Shown here piece after piece: positions 1 through 9,300 of a stretch of 54,395 nucleotides of DNA (within the stretch, counting starts at the first letter, position 1; each line of letters starts with the position of its first letter). Below the pieces are notes generated by a model. That model was given only the letters and a program-made list of their open reading frames with translations. It made no database searches and was not told the DNA's origin. The stretch covers positions 1 through 54,395 of the forward strand of contig CAZUBB010000001.1 in the NCBI GenBank assembly GCA_964618485.1, written 5' to 3'. The position numbers and the translations under genes are program-made. This DNA comes from an uncultured Pirellulales bacterium (GTDB lineage: Bacteria; Planctomycetota; Planctomycetia; Pirellulales; JALHLM01).

Positions 1-33
1 TCGCTGGGGATCCATGGTTTGGGCCTGGCGAGG

Positions 34-921
34 TTACGAGGCGCGGGGGAGTTGGGTGTTGGATGGGGTGAGGGATTCGACGTAGGCGACGAGTTGACGG
101 AGGTTATCGCCGTGGGCGGCGAAGGTGAGTTGTTTGCGGATCGGTTCCGTGAGGGCATGACCGCCGAGGATGATGGCGGGACGGGGGTTCAGGTTTTCGT
201 AGAACGCCTCATATTGCTGGACGAACGCCGCACCGTCTTCGAGGAACGAGATGCTGAGCCAGAAGAGGCGGGGGCGATAGCGAGCGATTGCCGCGGCGAG
301 GGTCGCAAACGGGAGGTTGGAGCCGAGCGAGATCGCATGCCAGCCGAGTTCGCGTAACACCAGTTCGACAAGGAGCGTAGGAAGCCGGTATTGATCGCCG
401 GCGGGGGCGGCGCCGAGCGCGATGGGGGCGTTCGCCGGCGGCTCGGGGAGTAACGCCCTGAGCTCGTGGAGGATGCGATTCGTGATCTCGCACGCGCGGC
501 GCTCCTGATAGACCTCGGCCTCGCCGCATTGCCAACGGCGGCCGATTTCAAGCAATACCGAGTGGATGAGCTGATCTGCAATGTCCGCCAGTGGGTGGCG
601 GGCGAGATAGAGATCGAAGATCACCTGCCGGGCAATGTCTTCATCGCCGGCAACGAGCGCCGCCAGAAAGCGGGACCGCGATCGTTCCCAGGTTCGATCG
701 CCCTGGCCGATCGCGGCCGGTAAGCCGAGAACTTCGGGCCGGACAATCGCGTGCCCTGAGTCGCGCAGGAACGCCAGGACCCCGGCGAGCGGAATGCGGC
801 GATGTCCGCCGGCCGTTTTCACCGTTTCGATTGTGCCGCGATCGCACCATCGCTTCAGCGAGGACTCGCTGACCCCGATGGCACGGGCAACTTGCTTCGG
901 GGTCAGGAGGGAGGAAGGCAT
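34..921 (-). CDS. MerR-family transcriptional regulator with a C-terminal B12-binding-domain-like module (CarH/LitR-like, His-less variant)
   Basis: 295-aa ORF. The N-terminus carries a MerR-type HTH, LLTPKQVARAIGVSESSLKRWCDRGTIETVKTAGGHRRI. The C-terminal half is laid out like a cobalamin-binding module: helical bundle IGRRWQCGEAEVYQER, then Rossmann-like LVELVLRELGWHAISLGSNLP...RPRLFWLSIS. Confidence 0.8.
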   Translation of the reverse strand: MPSSLLTPKQVARAIGVSESSLKRWCDRGTIETVKTAGGHRRIPLAGVLAFLRDSGHAIVRPEVLGLPAAIGQGDRTWERSRSRFLAALVAGDEDIARQVIFDLYLARHPLADIADQLIHSVLLEIGRRWQCGEAEVYQERRACEITNRILHELRALLPEPPANAPIALGAAPAGDQYRLPTLLVELVLRELGWHAISLGSNLPFATLAAAIARYRPRLFWLSISFLEDGAAFVQQYEAFYENLNPRPAIILGGHALTEPIRKQLTFAAHGDNLRQLVAYVESLTPSNTQLPRAS

Positions 922-930
922 CGCGGGTGG

Positions 931-949
931 TGAATTATTTGAACGAATT
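931..949. repeat. Copy 1 of a 19-bp direct repeat (TGAATTATTTGAACGAATT), a candidate operator or promoter element 10 nt upstream of the MerR-like start codon
   Basis: Read directly: 931-949 TGAATTATTTGAACGAATT versus 1164-1182 TGAACGATTTGAACGAATT. 17/19 positions are identical and the last 13 nt are identical. Both copies lie in the 373-bp intergenic region between the divergent MerR-like and fasciclin genes. Confidence 0.6.
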
Positions 950-1163
950 TAGCGCGCGGCACGTTGTCGGTTTTCAGTGCTCCGTTTTCACGGTGTGGCA
1001 CTGAACATGCCATTCGGGGGACATTATTAGTATTGTTCGGGGCTCAGGCGGCGGCGAGCCCTGAATGGGGGAAATCTGGATGAATTTCGGCCAGGGGGAT
1101 AGAAATGGACGATTTGGATGATTTTCCTAGTTGCCGGCATGGTGGCCGGCGGCTAGACTGCTG

Positions 1164-1182
1164 TGAACGATTTGAACGAATT
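1164..1182. repeat. Copy 2 of the 19-bp direct repeat (TGAACGATTTGAACGAATT), about 113 nt upstream of the fasciclin start
   Basis: Same evidence as copy 1. Internally it is a tandem TGAACGA-n2-TGAACGA. The half-site TGAAC also resembles ECF-type -35 elements. Confidence 0.6.
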
Positions 1183-1294
1183 ACAGTTCTTCGTTCCGCC
1201 GGCCAGGCTGTGGCCAGGAGGCGGGCAGGTTCCTCGCGGCGTTTCGCCGCGGCTGCCAGGGGTCCTGTGGTTGGAGTTATGAGGAGTCAGCACC

Positions 1295-1855
1295 ATGTTG
1301 CGGAGCAGTTTGGCATTGGCGGCGGGGTTGGTCGTGGCCTTGGGGGGCGTCGCGGTAAGCGACGCGGGAACGTGCGCCAAGTCGAAGACGACGACGGTCG
1401 CCTATCACAAAGCGGAACCGAAGGCAAAGGCTAAGGCGGAGGCCGAGAAGCCGAAAGACATCGTCGACACGGCAGTCGCGGCGGGGTCGTTCAAGATCCT
1501 GGCCAAGGCGTTGACTGAGGCGGAACTGGTCGACGCGCTCAAGGGGGAGGGGCCATTCACGGTATTCGCGCCGACCGACGAGGCGTTCGAGAAGCTTCCG
1601 GAGGGGACGCTCGAGGCCGTGTTGAAGGACAAGGAGAAGCTGATCGCGATTTTGAAGTACCACGTGGTGGCCGGCAAAGTGATGGCCAAAGACGTGGTGA
1701 AACTGGAAGAAGCGGAAACGCTGTTGAAGGACGCCAAGGTGAAGATCGATGCGAAGGATGGCGTGAAGATTAACAACGCCGAAGTCGTCACGGCCGACAT
1801 TGAATGCACCAACGGCGTGATTCACGTGATCGATACGGTGTTGATTCCGGAGTAA
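1295..1855 (+). CDS. Secreted fasciclin (FAS1) domain protein
   Basis: 186-aa ORF with a classical signal peptide ([24 protein letters not shown]), a Lys/Ala-rich linker and FAS1 signatures [27 protein letters not shown] and [13 protein letters not shown]. Confidence 0.9.
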   Translation: MLRSSLALAAGLVVALGGVAVSDAGTCAKSKTTTVAYHKAEPKAKAKAEAEKPKDIVDTAVAAGSFKILAKALTEAELVDALKGEGPFTVFAPTDEAFEKLPEGTLEAVLKDKEKLIAILKYHVVAGKVMAKDVVKLEEAETLLKDAKVKIDAKDGVKINNAEVVTADIECTNGVIHVIDTVLIPE

Positions 1856-1881
1856 CGCTGGGAGTCCGACCGTTCGCAGTT

Positions 1882-1922
1882 GCGCCGCCGGGGAACTGCC
1901 CCCTCGGCGGCGCGTATTTTCT
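1882..1922 (+). terminator. Rho-independent terminator after the fasciclin gene
   Basis: GCGCCGCCG (1882-1890) pairs perfectly with CGGCGGCGC (1905-1913). The loop is 14 nt and is followed by GTATTTTCTTG. The structure starts 27 nt after the stop codon. Confidence 0.65.
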
Positions 1923-1970
1923 TGTCAGTCGGTGGGCTAGGTTGATGAATCATCTCTGCGAGGCGCGACC

Positions 1971-2894
1971 ATGGTGAGTTCAGGATGCACGAAGGAGCGA
2001 CGTGCCAGTCGGCGCGGCACTCGCGAGGCCTTCGAACGATTGAGCGCCGAGCGAATCGAGTACATTCCGAACGAGGCGTTCGATCGCGGCGACGCTGCGG
2101 AGATCGTACTGGCGCGGGAATTGACGCCGCTCCGAATGACCATCGCGGCGACCGCGACGACGCCGCGAAGAGTGAGCCGGATTCGCCGCCTGGCGGATTT
2201 CGAACTACTGCCGCGCGACGAGGAGGCGGAGACGTTCCGCCGGATGAACTACTGGAAGCACCAGGCCGTGACGCTGCGGGATCAGATGAAGCGCACGTCG
2301 CCCGATGCCGCTTCGGTGCGGGACATGGAAACGATGTTGCGGCGGGCGCGCGAATTGCGCGACCGCATCGTGCAGGCGAATCTGCGGCTGGTGATTTCGG
2401 TAGTGAAGAAGTTCGTCGACGCAAACAACACGCTGGACGATCTGTTGAGTGAAGGGACAATGTCGCTGTTGCGGGCCGTGGAGAAGTTCGATTGCGCGCG
2501 AGGGTTTCGCTTCAGCACATATGCGACGTACGCGATCCGGAGGAACCTTTACCGCTTCGTGGTGGCGCGACGGCAGGAGCGGTCGCGATTCGAGCGGCGG
2601 GCGGAGGAGTTCGCAGCAGATCTTCCGGACGAGGCCGAAGGACGCATCACCGAAGGGCGGTGGAATGAATTGCATCGCCGGTTGACCACGATTCTGCGGC
2701 GGCTCGATCCGCGGGAGCAGATGGTCATCCGGGCGCGGTTCGGCTTGGACGACCTGGCGGAGTCCGAGACGCTGCAGAGCCTGGCGGATCGGATGGGGGT
2801 TTGCAAGGAACGCGTGCGGCAACTCGAGAAGCGGGCGATGCTGAAGTTGCGGAAGATGGCGGGGGAGGCGGCGCTGGAGGATCCGGGGGAGTAG
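1971..2894 (+). CDS. RNA polymerase sigma factor, sigma-70 family
   Basis: 307-aa ORF. Region 2 is NLRLVISVVKKF...LLSEGTMSLLRAVEKFDCARGFRFSTYATYAIRRNL. The region 4 HTH is ETLQSLADRMGVCKERVRQLEKRAMLKLR. The start codon is uncertain; an internal Met at 2137 is possible. Confidence 0.85.
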   Translation: MVSSGCTKERRASRRGTREAFERLSAERIEYIPNEAFDRGDAAEIVLARELTPLRMTIAATATTPRRVSRIRRLADFELLPRDEEAETFRRMNYWKHQAVTLRDQMKRTSPDAASVRDMETMLRRARELRDRIVQANLRLVISVVKKFVDANNTLDDLLSEGTMSLLRAVEKFDCARGFRFSTYATYAIRRNLYRFVVARRQERSRFERRAEEFAADLPDEAEGRITEGRWNELHRRLTTILRRLDPREQMVIRARFGLDDLAESETLQSLADRMGVCKERVRQLEKRAMLKLRKMAGEAALEDPGE

Positions 2895-3007
2895 CCCGCT
2901 AAACTCGCAATGTACGCGAAAACGTGGGCGATTCGGCGTTGGCCCCGAGTTGTTGCGTCGGAACGGGGTGGGATAATCGTTTTTAATGGAAAAGTTGCGA
3001 CGGTTGC

Positions 3008-3037
3008 TTGACCCATCTTGTGACTCGTAATTAGTAT
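3008..3037 (+). promoter_or_regulatory. Candidate sigma-70-type promoter for the giant gene (TTGACC-18-TAGTAT)
   Basis: TTGACC at 3008-3013, an 18-nt spacer, then TAGTAT at 3032-3037. It would give a GC-rich leader of about 350 nt before the ATG at 3395. This is a pattern match only. Confidence 0.3.
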
Positions 3038-3394
3038 GGCGCTGCCGGGCGGGGCATAGGCAGTCGATAGGATCCGGCAGGGGCCAGCGGGCGTGGTTTT
3101 CCACGCGGGGTCGTTTTGCGCGGTTCCATTGAAAGCCGCGTCCCGCCGTGTTGACCAGGATGGTCGCTGACAGCGGTCGCGTCAGCGAAGGTAGGCCCTG
3201 CGCTCTGACCTGCGGGCTTGCTTCGAGGCGACTTCCGCGCGCCGCCGTCGTGATGAGCGCGTGATGCTTGCGCTCCGGTGTGGTTTCTGGTCCCACGGTG
3301 ACTTTGCGCCGACGACTTTCCCGGTAGCTGCTCGCCGCGCGATCGGCGGCACCCTCGCTCCGCTGCTGGGAAGCCTCCTCCCCTGAAAGACATC

Positions 3395-6300
3395 ATGATT
3401 AAATCCATTGCGCGCAGGCGGTTCGAACGGAAACAACGCAAGCAGCGGTCGTTGAGTCAGGAACGTTTGGAAGCTCGGCAATTGTTGTTCGGCACGCCGC
3501 TGGGGCAGTTTGTCGACGCCGCTTATCAGGATGTGCTGCTGCGACCGGCCGAGGCGGGGGGATTGGAGTATTGGACCGATCGCCTTGGGGCGAACAGCAT
3601 CACGCGCGGCGCCGTGGCGAACTCGATTCTCATTTCGGGCGAGCATGCGCAGGCGACGGTCAGCGAATTGTACAACGACGTGCTGGGGCGGCCGGCCGAT
3701 CCGGCGGGGCTGAGTTATTGGGCCGGCGCGATTCAGACGGGGACGAGCGAGCTGGATGTCGAAGCCGGGTTCCTCGGCTCAGCGGAGTATTTTCAGAAGG
3801 CCGGCGGAACGAACGAGACGTTTATCGCGGCCGCATATCGGGACATTCTGGGGCGCGTGGCGGGGCCGAGCGAAACTTCGTTTTGGCTGGGGCAATTGAA
3901 CGTGATTTCGCGCGAGCAGGTGGCGCGGAATGTGATCTACAGTCCGGAGCATTTGAGCCAGGAAGTAAATGCGTGGTACCAGACGTACTTGCATCGCTCG
4001 CCGGACAGTGGCGGATTGGCGTACTGGACCGGGTTGCTCGGTGCGGGGACGAACCCGAATTCGATTCAGACGGGGTTCATTGCCAGCCCTGAGTATTACG
4101 AGCGCGAGACGGCGCCGGCGATTCGCGTGCCGGGCGCGGCGGGGAGCACGATCGAGACCAAGATTCACTGGGGCGGCCGCACTGATCTGCACAGCGAGGT
4201 GGGGCTGTTCGTCGTCGAGAACGACGCGGGCATCGTGAACGGGTTGGCGCCGAGCCAACCGGATTATACACAGACGATCCTGGCGAGCGCCACACGGCAG
4301 GTGATTTTTTCGAGCGATCAGGCGCCAACGAATACGAGCGTCGATCCGACCACGTTGCCCAACAGTACGACGTTAAATCTTCCGGCCGGCGCATTGATGG
4401 GGATTTACCTCGTGCAGGATGGGTCGGCGGCGGACGCCTTGCCGCCGACGCCGCGCGCGCAGCGCCCTCCCGTGTATGTGAGTTTCCCCAGCGGCAATGG
4501 GGACTCATTCGATCACTACCGTTACGGCAACTACGTCATCGTGGGGATCGAGGACTTGACCGGCGGCGGCGACAAGGATTTTGACGACGCCGTGCTGCGG
4601 TTTGAATTTCCGAAAGACACGACGACGCCTCCGGTGAATCAACCGCCGGCGATCGAGCCGATCGCGAATAAGTCGATTCCGGAACAGTTGGCGATGCAGT
4701 TGCAGGTCGCGGCGACCGATCCGGACGGGCCCGCGAGTGCGATTCGGTATTCGGTCGATGCAGCGAGCGCCAACCTGGGGATGGCGATCGATGCGGTGAG
4801 CGGGTTGCTGACGTGGACGCCGAACGAGGCGCAGGGGCCCGGGACATACGCGGTGACCGTGAAGGCGACCGACGGCGGGAGTCCGGCGGCGAGCAGCGAG
4901 CGGACGTTTTCGATCAACGTGACTGAGGTGAATCGCCCGCCGGTGCTGGTGGATATTGCTTCGCGGACGGTGAGCTCCGGGACGAACGTGGCGTTCACGG
5001 CGTCGGCGACGGATCCTGATCTGCCGGCGAATACGCTGCTGTACACGCTGATCAACGGCCCGGCGGGGGCGACGATTAACTCGGCGACGGGGGCGTTTCA
5101 ATGGACGCCGACTGAAGCGCAGAACGGAGAGACCTACACCATGACGGTGCGCGTCTCGGACCAAGGGAACCCTGCAGCGACGGACGAAACGACGTTTGGG
5201 ATTACGGTGGAGGACTGCTCGTTCGCCAGCGATCCGGAGGTGTGGACGAGTTTCGAGGACGGCGGGAGCGCGAGCGGCAAGGGGACGACGACGGTCGAGG
5301 AGATGCTGGGGACGATCGTGGAGGGGGATTCGTTCGTTGTCGGGATGGAGCGGACGATTGCGATCCCGAGCGTGGCGTCGCAGTTGCGGTTCAGTGTTGT
5401 CAGTTCGGTCTTTGACACGAGCGCGACGGGAGGGATTCGCGACGCGTTCGAAGCGGCGCTCGTGGACGACCAAGGGCGGCCCGTGGTGCTGCCGTTTGCG
5501 GCGGGGCGGGATGCGTTTTTCAATCTGACGGAGGGAATTCCCGCGGCGATGGGGCCGGGGGTGACGTTTGACGGGAGCACGGCGATCGTCGACTTGTCGG
5601 GCGTGACGGTCACGAGCGCGCGGTTGGTGTTCCGACTGGTGAACAATGATGAGGATAGGGCATCGACGGTTGCGCTGACCTGCGTGCAGGTGGAGGCGAC
5701 CGCGACGCCGCTGCGGGCTGCACCGTTGACGGCGCCGGCGACAGGGAGCGGGAATGGCGGCTCGCAAAGTGGATCCCGTGGAAGCAGCGCGGAAACGCAG
5801 GTGGGGCCCGCGCTCCCGCCCGGGGTGTTGCCAAGAAGTGCGCCGACGAATGGCTCCACGAATGGAGGGGCGAGCGCGGCAACGCCGGCGCCCACCGCGG
5901 TGACAGCGCAGAATGATTTGCTGCCGGTGAGCGCGTTTTCGATCGACAACCGCGGGACCGATTTCTGGGTGGGGTTTGCGGACAATTTGCTTGAAGGAGG
6001 CAACCAGGCCACGAAGACGTTGTTCATCACCGGCGACATCGCCACGACGGGGACGGTGAGCGTGCCGGGGTTGGGGTTCTCGGAAGACTTTGCCGTGAAT
6101 CCCGGGGAGGTGACGGCGATCGTGCTTCCGACGTTGGTGGAGGTGGAGTCGCTGTTCGACGTGCAGGATCTGGGCGTGCACGTCGTGGCGGACGAGGAGG
6201 TGACGGTCTACGGCTTGAACCGCGCGCAGTCGACGACCGACGCGTATCTGGCGCTGCCGACCGAGTCGCTGGGGACCGAGTACATCAACCTCACGTACCG

Positions 6301-9300
6301 GAACGACGGATATTTTCTGGCGTTCATCGCGGGGACGCAGTTATTGCTGGTCGGAGCGCACGACGATACGCACGTGACGATCGCGCCGGGGCAGTATTCG
6401 ATTCCGACGGCGAACAGCAGCGTCAACTGGGTGGGGCCGGCGAACAACACGATCTTCAACATCGGCAACGGCACGGACAGCAACTTGTTCGTCGTCGACA
6501 CGGCTGGCAACTACAAGCTGACCGTGACGCCGCCCACGCTGGGGTACGCCGGGACGTACCAGTTCCGGATTCTGGATCTGGCGACGAACTCGACGGCGCT
6601 GGCGATCGGTGCGACCGCGAGCGGCAGTTTGCCGACGGGTCAGGAGACTGTCGCTTATCGCTTTGCTGGCGCGGCAGGGCAGCGGGTGTTGATCGATGGG
6701 CAGAATCCGGCGTACGTTCCCAATCTTGACTATCGATTGCTTTCGCCGTCAGGCGTTTTGCTCACGCAAACGGGCCTGGAGAGTAACTCGGAGATCCTGA
6801 CGCTCGCAGAGTCTGGCGACTACTACGTGCTGGTTTCGGGGGCGGTCAACATGCCCGCGACTTTTCAGTTCCGCGTGCACGATGTGGACGACGCAACGCC
6901 GATGGCTCTGGGAAGCGTGATTTCGGGAACGATGCCGGCAAACGCGCGGCGGACCGATCTGTTTGAGTTCAACGGGACGGTCGGACAACAGGTCGCCTTT
7001 GATGGGCAATCGCTGGGGCGCGGGACCGACGTCGTGGTGTACGCGCCCGGCGGCGCGATGGTGGCCAACTTTGTCTCGGCGGATGATCGCTATCCTGTCA
7101 CGCTGCCCACGAGCGGTACGTATACGATCACGGTCGACGGCCGGATTCCGGGGGAAGACTATCGCTTTCGCGTGGTCGACTTGAGCGGCGCGACGCCGGT
7201 TGCGTTTGACACGGTGGTGAACGCGGCGAGCGTGAATGATCGCGAGTTGGGGGTCTTTGCGTTCAACGGCGTGGCGGGCGCGGCGATTCAGTTTGATGCG
7301 CTCGGCGCGCTGGGGCAGGACTTTCAGGTGTTCGGGCCGGCGAACACGCAGCTCTTCACGGGGCGGACGAATGTGGACAGCAACGTCTGGACGTTGCCGG
7401 TGACGGGGACGTACGTGATGTACGTGCAGGGGAACGCGACGGGACCGACTGCGTTTCCATTCCGGCTGCTCGACCTGGCGAACGCAACGGAGTACACGCT
7501 TGGCGCGACGGCAACGGGGAACCTGGGGGCGTTTGAGTCGCGGGCGTATCGTTTCGACCTGGCCGCCGGTATGCCGTTGTACTACGACGGGCTCGACGGC
7601 GACTTTGACAATGTGCGCGCGCGGGTGACTTCGCCCGCGGGCGAGTTGATCGGCAGTTTCTTCAATGCCGACAGCGACAGCGGCATCGTTTACTCGACGA
7701 CCGGCGGCGATGGTTATTTGTTTGTGAGCAACGACCAGGCCGTGGCGGCGAACTATGGGCTCGTGCTGAGCGATCTTTCGGCGGCGCCGGTTTTGCCCCT
7801 GAACACGGACATCACAGCGAACTTGCCGACGGGGCGCGAGACGGCGATTTATCGCGTGGACGCTGCGGTAGGTGATCGGCTGATTTACGACGGGCGGGTT
7901 GGCTCGGGGAGCATTCCGGTGCGGTTGATCGGGCCGAACGGGCAGGCGATCTACCAAGCGAATTCGAATGGCGACAGCCCGGTGACGACGATTTTGGATG
8001 AGGGGAGCCACTACCTGTTGGTGCTGGGCGGCGTGAATGGCGCGACGAGCGTGCAGTTCCGGATGCACGACATCGACGCCGCGCCGGCGCTGCCGCTGGG
8101 CGTTGATACGCCGGTGTCGTTTACTCCGGGAAACGGCGCGGCGGCGTATACGTTCAACGGCACGGCCGGGCAGCGGTTGTCGCTCGATAACTTATCGGTG
8201 GCGTCGCCGGGGTCGGGTTCGTCGTCGCTCGTTGCCCCGAACGGCACGACGGTGGTGACGCGGAATATTGAAGTCGATTTCACCGCGGACATCACTCAGA
8301 CGGGGCAGTACGCGCTGGTGTTTTCGGGGAACGGTTCGCAGGCTTCGGTGCAAGCGACGTTCCGCGCGACATTGACCACGCCCGGCGTGGTCGCGCCGAG
8401 CGGTTTTGGTACGACCCAGACGCTGTCGATCCTCGCGGGTCAGTCGGCGACGTATCAATTCACTTCGCCGGCGGGACGGGTGGCGTACCTCGATAGCCTC
8501 AACACGGCGAATCAGAATCTGCGCGTCGAGCTGCGCGATCCGAGCGGCGTGACGCTTGTTTCGACGAATGACTTCACAGATCAGGGACCGATCACGTTAC
8601 CGTCGGCGGGGACGTATAGCGTGGTGCTGACGGGGAGCTCGCCTTCGCAAACGGGGAACTACAAGTTCCGGGTGCTGGACTTGAATAGCGCGCCGGCGCT
8701 GACGTTCGACACTTTGAACGAGGGGACGACGGGGCCGTTCGAGGCCGCGGCGTACCAGTTCACTTCGGCGGTCGGGGACGAGTACGTCTATAACGGAGTC
8801 GACACCGACTTTGACAATGTGCTGGCATTGGTCGTGCTGCAGAGCGGCGTGCGAGCAGCACAGTTGAATGCCGATGGCGAGTCGCGGATCGGGCCGATCA
8901 ACGAGGCCGGGACGAGCTTTGTCGTCCTGCAGAACAACCAAAATGCTTCGCCGGACTACCGGTTCCGGCTGCTGGAGACCGGGCACGCGCCAACGCTCAC
9001 GCTAGGGGCGGAGACGACAGGGACGTTTCCTGTGGGGACGGAGACGATCCAGTACCAGTTCCAGGGGACTGCGGGGGAACGCGTGCTGTACGACGGGTTG
9101 GAAGGCGACGTCGATAACGTTTCCGCGACGCTGCTGGGACCGGGAAACTCGATCCTGTTCTCGCTGAACGCCGATTTCCAGACGGCGCCGACGGTGCTCA
9201 CGGCGACGGGGACCTACACGCTGGTATTGCAAGCGAACACGACCGCGGGAGCGGATTATCGGTTCCGGCTGTTGAACTTGAATGCGCCGACCGCGATCGA

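Noticed and set aside
19-357. A 112-aa plus-strand ORF at the window start
   Set aside because: It lies antisense to the well-supported MerR/B12-like CDS and has a Gly/Glu/Arg-rich composition with no motifs.
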